From positions 83,762,001-83,826,000 of the forward strand of contig NC_092345.1 of assembly GCF_963676685.1 (NCBI RefSeq): DNA of 64,000 nucleotides. Reading direction: 5' to 3'. This DNA is from Mytilus edulis (lineage: Eukaryota). Position numbers and translations under genes: made by a program. Shown in pieces: positions 53,201 to 64,000 of this stretch. Position 1 is the stretch's first letter. Each line of letters opens with the position of its first letter. The notes beneath the pieces were generated by a model, which was given only the letters and a program-made list of their open reading frames with translations, searched no databases and was not told the DNA's origin.

Positions 53201-56200
53201 GGGCGGCCATGTTTTTTGACGGATCAAAAATCGAAGCACACACTTTGTGCAGGATAATCTAAGGAACTATCATGCTAAGTTTCATCCAAATCCATTCAGT
53301 AGTTTCAGAGGAGAAGATTTTTTAAAGTTAGCAAATATGATGAACAAATTGTGAAAAATTGTCATTAAAGGACATTTACCCCTTAAGGGGTCAATTGACA
53401 ATTTTGGTCATATTAACCTATTTGTAGATCTTACTTTGCTGATCATTTTTGCTGTTTACAGTTTATCTTCATCTATAATAATATTCAAGATAATGACCAA
53501 AAACTGCAAAATTTCCTTAAAATTACCAATTAAGTGGCAGCAACCCAACAATGGTTTGTTTGATTCATCTGAAAATTTCTGGGCTGATAGAAATTGACCT
53601 AATGAACATTTTTACCCCATGTCAGATTTGCTCTAAATGCTTCCGTTTTTGAGATATAAGCCAAAAACTGCATTTGACCCCTATGTTCTATTTTAAGTAA
53701 CGGCGGCCATGTTTTTTGACGGATCAAAAATCGAAGCACACACTTTGTGCAGGATAATCTAAGGAACAATCATTTTAAGTTTCATTCAAATCCATTCAGT
53801 AGTTTCAGAGGAGAAGATGTTTGAAAAATTGTTAACGACGACAGACGACGACGACGGACGCCAAGTGATGAGAAAAGCTCACATGGCCTTTTAGGCCAGG
53901 TGAGCTAATAAAACCTGTGGGACCGATATATAGATCATAAAATATTTCCAAACACCAAATATAGTTGACCTTTGGCATATAGTATTAGATAAAAAGGCCA
54001 AAACTCAAAAACTTAACTTTGACCACTGAACCATGAAAATGAGGTCAAGGTCAGATGACATCTGCCCGCTAGACAGGTACACCTAACAATCATTCCATAC
54101 AACAAATATAGTAGACCTATTGCATAAAGTATGAGAAAAACAGACCAAAACACAAAACCTTAACTATAACCACTCAACCATGAAAATGAGGTCAAGGTCA
54201 GATGACACCTGCCAGTTGGACATGTACACCTTACAGTCCTTCCATACATCGAATATACTAGCCCTATTGCTTCTAGTATCTGAGATATGGACTTGACCAC
54301 CAAAACTTAACCTTGTTCACTGATCCATAAATTGAGGTCGAGGTCAAGTGAAAACTATCTGACAGGCATGAGGACCTTGCAAGGTATGTACATACCAAAT
54401 ATAGTTATCCTACTACTTATAATAAGAGAGAACGTAACATTACAAAAAATTTTTACTTTTTTTTCAAGTAGCCACTGAACCATGAAAATGAGGTCAAGGA
54501 CATTGGACATGTGACTGACCGAAACTTCGTAACATGAGGCATCTATATACAAAGTATGAAGCATCCAGGTCTTACACCTACTAAAATATAAAGCTTTTAA
54601 GAAGTAAGCTAACGCCGCCGCCACCGTAGCCGCCGCCGGATCACTATTTCTATGTCAGAATTTACACGACAGTATACATTAAAAGCCTAATATCACCAAA
54701 TATACATTTCAGTATGTCATATATTCTTTCTATTACAGATGAGGGTTATATAAAGTGAATACTGGTAATCACAGATATAACTATTAACACTGGAATAAGT
54801 TACTGAGGTACAAAATATTCAAAATCAGTACTATTATTCTTGATATTAGGAGTACTTACTATTAAAATCATTACTATTATTACTAGAATTAAATGGTTGT
54901 ACTATACATTCCCTCCACTACATCAGACGTATTGTCATCTTGTTTACTTGCATCTACGGTACACACACATCACATCTGGGGTAAAATACAAAAAAAAAGT
55001 ACATCAAATATGGTTAAGATTTGTCTTCTTTAATTCGTATTTAAATTCTGAAAGTTTTTCTTTTTGGTAAATAATCTCAATGTATACATGTAAAGCCACA
55101 CATCAGTTTCATGTTCATTTTCCAAAAGAATTTTAAGCTGTGAAGTTGACAAGTGAAATGCATAGGGGGATCCAGGGGGCCCGCCCCCCCCCCCCCCCCC
55201 CCCACCCCCCCCCTTTGTGGGAAAAATTGGTTGATTATATAGGGAATCACTGAAGCATGACCGGAGCGGCCCCCCCCCTTAGGTCAGTCAGTGGGCCCCC
55301 TTATGAAAAGTTCTGGATCCCCCACTGAAATGATACAACATTAAGTAAATATATCAAAGAAAGTTCACTGACCATTTTCAACTTTAAATTTTGTAACTCT
55401 TTTTGATATTTTCAACACAATGCTTTTACATTTTTTCTCAGTATTTTCAACAAAATGATTTTCAATGTAAAAAATGCACATCACAATTGCATGTCATTGA
55501 ACAAAATGTTTTCAGTTTCTTCAAATTCACTCCATCCCATAAAAAAATGACACATAAATTTTCTATTGAATGCTAATACTTACCCTGTACGACATACAGT
55601 ATACTGCTGTTCACCAGAGAGAGGGTCTGCAGGGAGATATTCTATATCACATTCATACATTCTGTTATGTAAAGCAAATGAAGTTAGTTAGGCTAATGAG
55701 TTATGTTAAATCTAATTCCTAAATTTTCCAAAAGTTCATACATCTAAGACTGCATGTATTAAATTATATGGTTTCCAAAATTCCTTGAGTAAGAATTAAA
55801 AGTTTCCTCTTGAAAATGTGTTGACCACTGGTGTTGTGTGTACAAATGGTGAAAATTATTGCAGGGATTAGCAAGCAAAAAAAAACTATTGCAAGACTAA
55901 ACAGAAGACAAAACATTCAGGTTTTTGTTGTTTTATTGTTTTAAATTTTTAATAATACCCATATCTTCTCCAACTTCCAACAAAGACAAATTGATTCTAA
56001 AATGAGGTTACAATATTTGTTGCAGATAAAATTTTGTTAAAACCCCCAACTAGATTTACAAGCAACAAAAACTTTCAAATTGTACACATCAATGTTAAAT
56101 TGGAGATATCTGTTTCATATTTTGCACTGAATAAGGGGTAATGTATCATCATTTTTTACAATGTATGCTACCTATCTATGAGAAAATAAGACTAAGGCAA

Positions 56201-59200
56201 TTTTATTGTTATCCTATCTATAGGCAAAAACTAAATGTTAATACCTGACAAACATGTGATAATTAATAATACTATGCAGTCCTGAACAGTGAACTGTGCA
56301 TTCTATGGATATCAGTTATAAAACCTACCTGAATTTAGATTTACTAAGTGCTTTAACTACTGCAGCATCTAATCCTTTACTACCAAGTCCTACACGGTTA
56401 TATTTTTTGGCTAATTTGAGAACATTTCCAGCAAAGCCATATTGGCATATAAAACCCCATTGTAAAAATTTATCTTTGTGGAAAATTGAAATAACATCTA
56501 CTGCAGCTGTTCTACCTGTTAGAGAAAATTAAATTCAGTCAAACTAGGATTTAATAATATTATAATATGTTTTTGTAACAATAATGAATAATATTTTTAA
56601 AGTATCAAAATTAAAACTAAAACAGGTTAATGAGCAGATATTGTTGTCTTGCTAAAAATGTTTAATTAAACAACAAAATCTCATCAGATCTAAGGAAGAT
56701 AATTCATCAAACAAATCGTCGACGTATACATATATTTTTGGTTGTACTCCTATCAACAAAAAGTTTCCAAAGAATAAAAAAAACAAAGAAAGACAGATAA
56801 ACGTAAATCTGTCTCATTGTTAATAAAGCAACTCTTAAAACTATGATCCATTTCAAACCATCTACATGCGAGAAAATAAACGAAGTACTTGGCCTTTTTT
56901 AACAACTTACCTAGTATAATATTGATTGCAGCACTAACTGGATCTAACTGACCTAATACTGATTTAGCAGCCTGATTTGTGGTGCCTGAAAAATACAATT
57001 AATTTCATCATTAATACAAAGAAAAACTTTCCCCAGCGCCAGTAAGCAGAGATCAGACTCACTATCACCTACTTCTGTACAATAAGATTGCCTAACTCTA
57101 GACATATATTGTTTGTCTTCATCAGGTAAATATTTACAAGAACTTAAAAAATGTTGGGACGGACGACCTGCTTACTTACATAAAACACAACACTTTATTT
57201 GACCACCAGTTCTTATACTACCTGTCTTCTTTGCACTTCTGTCAAAATGTTTGTCTTTTATTGACGCCCGTAAAACCTTGGCTTCAGAGGCTGAATGAAT
57301 TTCATCAAGTAAACTATCAAGTGCCTGTGAAATTTCTGGTTTCAAAGAAGCTAATGTTTTTGACCGTAATTCAGTTCCATATCGCTGCTTCACTAGGTTG
57401 GGCAAGTCATGATTTATAAGTCTTAACCAAGTAAGTACAATTAGGTTTTCCAAAGAAGGCGATAGTTTTCCGTCGGCTTGAGGTACTTCTCCGTGGTGAT
57501 GAATATTGCCACAGGCATGAAGCAAATTGTCTTCAATAAAACTAGCTAATCGCTGAAACAAGTCCTGAGGACGCTCATTTGGTTCCAAAAAGATGCTATT
57601 AAAATCAAGAAAGTGTCAACCAGTAGACTGAAATCCGTAGTGTAGACGAATTGACTGCCAAATAGAATTAATTGATGTCGAATTCTTAATTATAGTGTTT
57701 CTTGAAATAATTGGACAGTAATTTGCTATTTGCCCTAGCATAAGGTCCAAATGTGTGCACTTTTGGGCTGCTGTTTGTCGGTTAGCTTCGGTAACCTCCT
57801 CGCCATCGTTAGCAATGCCACGCAAAGGATTGGCGTTGGTTTTCTTCAGCCATGTAAATCCATCAACAAGGAATGATGCAAAGTTTTGATCAAGGGACAA
57901 GTTATATTGTAAGTTTTGTCTCCAAGCTTCAAAAGATGTTATTGTTTCAACTTTTGCGAGTGACCATTGTTTTGTAAAGATCAGTTAAGTCCAACAATAG
58001 AAAATGTTGTAGTGTTAGTCAAAATAAATAACAAATTTTTCTGCTCACCATTTACTTGAGTGGAATAATGTTCAAATTCTTGTATTATTTGAGATGTGGG
58101 TTTCATAAACCGCTGCCACCACGCCAGTAAGCAGAGAAAACTATAACACATGTGATCGTTAATTAATAATTTAATAATGATCGTGAGGCAGTAAACAATA
58201 AAGGGAAATAACCCATCAATAATCATACATGTATATGACACATGGTATAAGGGAGATAATACAAATCAATACATGTAACAATCAATACAATACATTGGTG
58301 CAGAAATCATTATTTACAAGATGAAAATTAAACCTCATCATTAATTTTCAAAAGATGTCAGCGAAAAAAGAAATGTATGATGATGAATAATGATTGATGG
58401 CTGATTAACATCCAGTGACATAAATATATTTTCAGGACGAAAACATTCTAATGTTATATGAATATTGATCCTGCTTTGCACTTGACTGACACGCTGAGAT
58501 GGATTTTTAAAACGATAGTGCTACAAGGTAAGTCTGCAGGAAGACATGTCACCCTACCTGAACACAGTATTTTGACTCCTAGCTGGCCTGTTTTTGCTCT
58601 CTTTTATGCTGCATGCTTTGCTGAGAAGCAGCACATACTTATTTAATAATAAACAAAAATCCAGAAGTTGCTTACCAAATTTCTGAAGTAACTTGGACCT
58701 TTGACCTCAAAATATAAAGGGTCTTTGTCATGTGCCCAATGAAATTGGTCAAGTTTTAACAAACGGTTCAAAATGTGGAAACAAAGATTTTGCCCAATTC
58801 TCTTTCAATCAATAGCTACAGTGACTTAGTCTTTTGAACTACATGTATAGCTATTAACTTTAGTTCTGGTTATTCTCCACCCAGGGCCCATTATAGAGCC
58901 AACTTTAGTTCATAATTTGGAGATACAGGTCAAAAGAAAAGAAAACATCAATAAACTCTTCGCCAAAATTTCAATCTACTAAAGTTGTTTTTACCTTAAC
59001 AAGTTAACAGAAAAATAAAGGACCTTGACATTTCATTCTCATTCTTTTATCCTAGTTTCAATCTTATTGTTTTGTACTTCACAATGAAAACAAAAGACCA
59101 TAATTTGAAGAGTCTAAATTTCACTGAGGACAATACAATGATCTTACTGTGAGTAAATACATTGGTCAGGCCTGTTTATTACCCACCTGTAGGGATAATT

Positions 59201-62200
59201 CCCAATGGAATATGACATCTTGCTGGCGTCAATCCATTTTTGAGATCTATATGTTTTGAAGCTTGTATTTTATTCAGTAATGCTGTGGTCACTTTACTAA
59301 CTGTACCATCTCCACCAACACAGCAAATACTAAAAAAGAAAAATTACTTCATCAAAAGAATTAGATAACAAAAGATTAGATCAAAATATTACTTCAAGGT
59401 CTGCTGGTTATACCATTGGTAAGCTTAAAATTGTGCACAAACAGTAATTCAATTTCAAACAAGCATAATCATGAGAATAAGGTACATATAAAAAGTTCCT
59501 GACATAATTCGTCTTTACACTATAAAGGTAAAAGGTCACAACTTACCAATCATACTGATCTACTTCTAAATGTATCATTTCCTGTTTCACATATTCATTA
59601 TGCTGTATCTCTGTGAAAAAAGAGGAGATGAAATGTACCAATTCAATTTTAAGAGAACTAGTCCAGGAATAAATTATCCAAATATGATATCTTTCTTGCA
59701 GTAGAAATTTGATTTCCATGCTTACAGAGCTTGCATTTAGATCCTCACTACAATTTTGTTAGTGAGCAAGAATTAAAACTTAAAACAAAATAAAATTGTA
59801 TTGCTTTAAATGTCCAGCCTTTGAATTGTTCTTACACAGAAAAACACCTGGCTGAGCATTGTCATATTTTAATAATTTCAATGCAAAACTAATGATAACT
59901 TTTCATGTTTTGTCCACTTTGTGTGCTTTAACATTGCTCTAGCTGTCATTAATCTTACCTAAAAAGCATAATATTATACCGGTAGCATAAATCTGCTATA
60001 AAAACAAATTGTAAATACAACTGTAATTGTTTGGTCATTATAATCATTGCTCTTTTTAAATAATGTTCTTTTCATATGTTATTGAAAAATTTTACATAAA
60101 TGTTTGAATTAGATGTGTTTAAATCTCAGCACTTTAACCTCAGTGCCAAATAAACTAAATATGACTACAGCTGAAATATTCCATTTTGTGTATATTTAGC
60201 TGCAACTTAACACTTTTTAAATTTGATTGTATTCAACAGTTCTTATTATTTAAAAGATGTGACATATACCTGTAGAATCAACAATTAAATTGGCTGCCTC
60301 AAACAGGTGCTGAATTTTCTGTTTGTAGATATTACTACTGTTATGTGGTCCAGCATGACTTTGTATATATAACTTCATTGATTTAGGTCGTTCTTTTATA
60401 GCTGAAAATGAAACAGAAATATTTGAATGAGTCTGTTAGTCTTTAGCTGAATGCAAAATATACTTGCATAAAAATAAATTTTTGTGATAGATTCATTCAC
60501 TGATTCAGTTTGGATGCGGTTTTCACCGACAATATCAGCTATTAAAATACTTTTACATGTAGATTGAAGTACTGAACTATTAAAAAATTCACAGCATTCA
60601 AGCAAACTTTATATAGCTCTACATGTTCTGTAAAACTGTTGCCTTATATATTACGATTTGACAATTGTTTTGTTTTGTTTATTAGTGTACATTTTGTACT
60701 TTGTACTACATGTATTTTGATTTTCAGCTAAAATAAAAATTTCACTGCATAGTCAATTTTGTGTGCATGACTTGATATGTATGTTTTGTTTTACTTGTTG
60801 TTATGTTGGTTTTAAAAACTCTTCAGAGCTTATGTTTGTAATTGCTATGGTTATACCGACTCTAAATAAAGCTTTATGTCTTATTATGGTCAATGCTATA
60901 TCATATACATGTACATGTATGTATCCCTTAAATACCTGGGACATGACAATTAAGTATCAAATCTATAATTAAAGGACTTCTTTGGAATGTACGTGTACAT
61001 GTATGCTAAATCACAAACACATTTGGTGTCAATCCTTTCAACCTGGGGTGTCCTATCATGAATGAAGTCTGCCCAGCATGTCATGGTTTATCCTTTTTTG
61101 AGTGCAAGACAAAAGTCAACTCTCTCTATTAATTTGAAGTGTTTTTACCCCTGACCATAAATGAAAAATATCAGCTATACTCTATGCTAATTGTCTCTTT
61201 CTACAGTTTGTACTAAATACTTGCACATTAAGCTTTTGAATAATAGGATTTTCTGTAATTCTTACCATCTAAATAATCTGTTATTTTCTCACAATATTCT
61301 TTACAAATTTTTTCACTTGGATGTTCCAGTTCTATAATTCTTTCCTTTAAATTATTTGGACCAAAGACTTGATAGGCATATATAGTAAAACCTTGACACA
61401 TGCCCTCTCCTTCATGTTGTCCTGTTGTTTTTCTGCGTTTAATCTTTACACCTAAAATATCCTCAAGAGGTAAAACCTCTTCAGCAACTCCCTTTTTCTT
61501 TTTAAATAGTCCCTTTGATCTCACACCTGCAATACAATCAGAAAATTATGAATACATATCGTTATATAATTTACTACTATATAAATAGTGAGCACTTTTT
61601 TAAAGCTTCTCTACCAGGAAAAATTTTCACTCTTCTTTGCATTTTATTATAATAGAAGTAATAGATTTGTTTACACATTTCTTTTATAAATACATGTGAA
61701 CTCACTGCATCCATGTATTTTAATATTTTAATCAAATAGACTAATTTACCATTGAATTTTAATGTATGAAAAGAAGTATTAATTTACAGGTACAATGTAT
61801 CTGCTATCAGAACAAGCTAAACATATTATGTTACATTTGTATGTAATTTATTATCAATAGATCTTGGCTCTGATTTTTTTTTCCTGAAAATGTTCTGACA
61901 TGAGTGATATAGAAAATATCAGATACCTAAAAGCAAAAGTGATTGTTATTGTTCAAGTGTCAACTCTATTCTTAGGTCAAGAATTTCAAATCCCAGGTCA
62001 GGCTTCATAGATTTCTAAATAGTGACATAGCTTCCTTTAAGGGCATACAATACAGCTACAGGGGAGGTAATGACGTTGGTAATTTTTTGGTTATGTCAAT
62101 CTGCCAGATATCGGAAAAAGATAAATTTTTGGAGTGATTTTTTTCATTAATTTGAACAAGTATACCCCTCTTTTTAAATTGATGTTTGACTTGATACTGT

Positions 62201-62808
62201 TTTTTTTATTTTTCAGTTTTTTAAAAGGAGAAATCACAAATGATTATTTTTTTTAAAGAAAATAGCAAAAAATGCCACTTTAAAATTATCTTAGTTTCAA
62301 ACATAAACCAACATCTCTTGAAGACACACTTTGATCTAACACTGGTGACTTAGCTCTAAGGCTTTAAATGACTATCCTCTCATTAAATAGGGAATACTCT
62401 ACTCCACTAGATTATCATTTGGACCATCATGGGACTTAGCAAATACATTTCCAACCAATATCGGCAATAAATATATAATTTTAATGAAGTTGCCTTAAAA
62501 AAATGATTAATTAGCATTACGCACTCGATTGTGCGTGTTTTTCTTATTCCATGGGATACTGCACATATACAAAATATTGATTATGTTTCATATTGATAAC
62601 TTAGTGGATGTTAAAATATCATACCCTTATTGCCGCTGACACTGACCCAGCTGATGTTCCCATTTGCCAATGAAAGGGTCACATCAAACCCGTCTTCGCG
62701 AATATCAAAAATGTTTGTCACGTCTTCTTCTGAGACAAATGGGTTCGCGAAAGCTCCAGTGTGTTTAGGAATTGGCATTCCATCATCTGAATAAGTATAA
62801 TCTACCAT
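50154..62808 (-). CDS. CERKL: Ceramide kinase-like protein (CERK/CERKL family, DAGK-type catalytic domain with PH-like N-terminus); complement join 62808-62625, 61526-61266, 60401-60270, 59610-59547, 59329-59187, 56985-56911, 56515-56329, 55661-55584, 54973-54860 (frameshift), 52178-51937, 51450-51148, 50867-50623, 50250-50154; ~707 aa
   Basis: Motifs [97 protein letters not shown]. All junctions are GT-AG and phase-consistent except exon 9. Family is secure; CERKL over CERK rests on remembered human sequences. Confidence 0.8.
50623..50867 (-). CDS. CERKL: CERKL-like exon 12
   Basis: Basic stretch [11 protein letters not shown], then VWNIDNE; ccatag / gtatgt. Confidence 0.85.
51148..51450 (-). 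CDS. CERKL: CERKL-like exon 11
   Basis: [18 protein letters not shown] plus acidic insert; ttacag / gtaagt, phase 0. Confidence 0.88.
51937..52178 (-). CDS. CERKL: CERKL-like exon 10
   Basis: WKACKGSY...[39 protein letters not shown]; atttag / gtaaat. Confidence 0.92.
52480..54656. mobile_element. HINE-like element, family B, in CERKL-like intron 9, interrupted by family A
   Basis: ~160-bp tandem subunits; (gcc)n microsatellite near the end. Confidence 0.75.
52781..53908. mobile_element. HINE-like element, family A, nested; two ~503-bp tandem units
   Basis: Subterminal IR gctcacctgg / ccaggtgagc; terminal palindrome tggccttttaggcca; (gac)n; inserted in an A-run of the host subunit ggtcaa|taaaacctg. 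Confidence 0.82.
54860..54973 (-). CDS. CERKL: CERKL-like exon 9 (apparent +1 frameshift)
   Basis: Completes CRTG|CDVC; ccccag / gtaagt. It is 114 nt where 113 is needed. Confidence 0.65.
55161..55327. mobile_element. GC-rich MITE with 5-bp TSD
   Basis: TIR catagggggatccag / ctggatcccccactg; AAATG on both sides; internal poly-C. Confidence 0.75.
55584..55661 (-). CDS. CERKL: CERKL-like exon 8
   Basis: [12 protein letters not shown]...VCRT; taacag / gtaagt. Confidence 0.88.
56329..56515 (-). CDS. CERKL: CERKL-like exon 7
   Basis: GRTAAVDV...QYGFAGNVL...DAAVVKAL; taacag / gtaggt. Confidence 0.9.
56911..56985 (-). CDS. CERKL: CERKL-like exon 6
   Basis: [25 protein letters not shown]; ttttcag / gtaagt. 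Confidence 0.9.
57053..58121 (-). mobile_element. LTR-retrotransposon (Gypsy-like) relic: PBS plus gag pseudogene
   Basis: PBS tggtggcagcggt (58121-58109). One frame reads [21 protein letters not shown]...GFQSTG*HFLDF...[17 protein letters not shown] (CCHC-type knuckle) with two in-frame stops. Confidence 0.8.
58400..58650. repeat. Decayed SINE-like dispersed repeat
   Basis: Resembles a mussel SINE body as I recall it (gacatgtc..cacagtattttgactcc..tttgctct..gctgcatgctt..gagaagca); recognition only. Confidence 0.35.
59187..59329 (-). CDS. CERKL: CERKL-like exon 5
   Basis: [13 protein letters not shown]...PLGIIPT; tttttag / gtgggt. Confidence 0.92.
59547..59610 (-). CDS. CERKL: CERKL-like exon 4
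   Basis: [21 protein letters not shown]; tcacag / gtaagt. Confidence 0.85.
60270..60401 (-). CDS. CERKL: CERKL-like exon 3
   Basis: [16 protein letters not shown]...QHLFEAANL; tttcag / gtatat. Confidence 0.88.
61266..61526 (-). CDS. CERKL: CERKL-like exon 2 (PH-like)
   Basis: [14 protein letters not shown]...CQGFTIYAY; ttgcag / gtaaga. Confidence 0.85.
62625..62808 (-). CDS. CERKL: CERKL-like coding exon 1
   Basis: [10 protein letters not shown]...[10 protein letters not shown]; phase-1 donor gtatga matches exon 2. Confidence 0.75.
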
Positions 62809-62855
62809 TTCTATAAAGGAGAAAGTGATGAGAAACGATAATGGTCAAAATACAT

Positions 62856-62906
62856 CGGAAGTTCAAAATTTATCACGGACTGTCGAAATTACTGAGTTGT
62901 GATTGG
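62856..62906 (-). promoter_or_regulatory. Candidate promoter motifs of the CERKL-like gene (ETS CGGAAGT, CCAAT box)
   Basis: CGGAAGT at 62856-62862, ATTGG at 62902-62906, local CpG enrichment. A pyrimidine tract plus AG just before the ATG could instead mean an upstream non-coding exon. Confidence 0.3.
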
Positions 62907-63281
62907 CTAAAATTAATGACACGCTTCGTTAAATAAAGTTGTCATAGGAATTGTGTCAACAATTATTGTGCGTTGATTAATAGTCATAAAAATCAATTAT
63001 CTGAGAAAAAAATTATGAAAAACAACTCAATTAACTAATGTGAATAAGCAAACGCGTGTCAGTGTGTCCAGAAATAATTTTCAACGTATAATATTTTTAC
63101 AGGTGCCCCTTTTTTTTCTATTTTTTTCTGTTGTATTTTTTTTTTAAAGGAAATATTCTGTAATATTTTCACTTTCTTAATTTGTTTTTGCTCTTTTTGA
63201 TACGATGTTACAATAAAACTAGATGAATTTTTTACCTTCATCATAATCTGGGAGTGACAATAAAAAATTATATCATAGCTG

Positions 63282-63414
63282 CAGGGGTGGAACCAGCCAT
63301 TTTAAAAGGGGGTCCTAACCCAGGACAAAGGGGGTGGGGTTCCAACTACATGTCCCCATTCAAATGCATTGATCGTCCATAAAAAAGGGGGGTTCCAACC
63401 TGGATCCACCAATG
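63282..63414. mobile_element. GC-rich MITE with imperfect 6-bp TSD
   Basis: TIR caggggtggaaccag / ctggatccaccaatg; flanks tagctg / gagctg. Confidence 0.6.
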
Positions 63415-64000
63415 GAGCTGGGACTGTAATACTAACTTTCAGGGAGGATACACTTAGTTGTGCGGACAATTTTTGCTATTTATACTGTAAAGCTAGCTCT
63501 AATAGTTTGTTAAACAATGGCAAGGAAAAACATGAGAATAAAAAAAAATCTCAATATATTTCAGGGACAATAGCTCAGAAAAAGGTGTGCAAAATTTTTA
63601 TGGAAGACAGAACTTGTTGTGCTGAACATTTTTAATGCCATTTTTTTCTCTAATTTTAATACTATAGTTTAAAAAAATATATTAGCCAAAACTGGGGGCC
63701 ACTATGTTCGATCTGAAGACAAGGTTACCATATAGGTAAATCAACCTGAACAAAATCAAAAACTTTGTAATTGACATCCTATAGATGAAGCAGACAAACT
63801 TTGATTTGAATTCATAAAGCAGTTTTATGCGTTAACTTTTCTACATTGGCTCGAGGTATAGGGGGAGGGTTGAGATCTCATAAACATGTTTAACCCTCCG
63901 CATTTTTGCGCCTGTCCCAAGTCAGGAGCCTCTGGCCTTTGTTAGTCTTGTATTATTTTAATTTTAGTTTCTTGTGTACAATTTGGAAATTAGTATGGCG

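Noticed and set aside
57172-57900. Programmed readthrough of the two gag stops
   Set aside because: The element lacks pol and intact LTRs; the stops are better explained as decay mutations.
62037-62498. Possible TTAA-flanked element in CERKL-like intron 1
   Set aside because: The terminal match (ttaagggcat / ttaaggcaac) is too short to support a TIR pair.

Overview
AT-rich, intron-rich animal DNA. The repeat families and the B-box/NHL gene type suggest a bivalve, most likely a mussel (Mytilus-like); this is inference. Three protein-coding genes can be built by hand: (1) COASY, bifunctional CoA synthase, + strand, 9 coding exons at 18312-26887, 535 aa; (2) an intronless, RING-less B-box/coiled-coil/NHL-like (TRIM-like) gene, - strand, 39779-41449; (3) a ceramide-kinase-family gene, - strand, 13 coding exons at 62808-50154, about 707 aa. 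Gene 3 has CERKL-type signatures, keeps the CERK CxxxCxxC motif, and shows an apparent 1-bp frameshift in exon 9. Between COASY and the TRIM-like gene is a ~8 kb array of a 37-bp satellite carrying the AP-1 palindrome ATGAGTCAT. The array is interrupted by two orphan 3' ends of the TRIM-like gene and an E-box-rich TA-TSD MITE, and includes a near-perfect 2,740-bp tandem duplication. The rest is a dense mobilome: a young 5'-truncated CR1-type LINE with TSD, a Helitron, nested HINE-like elements, TIR elements with 5-bp, 6-bp, TTAA and TA target duplications, a GCGAAGC-capped hairpin element, a Gypsy gag relic starting exactly at a tRNA-Leu PBS, and a decayed hammerhead ribozyme. The first ~10 kb looks like a long intron of a - strand gene, with a candidate microexon. 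There is one assembly gap (14944-15089). No CRISPR, rRNA or tRNA gene was found. All comparisons to human proteins and named TE families are from memory, not database searches.
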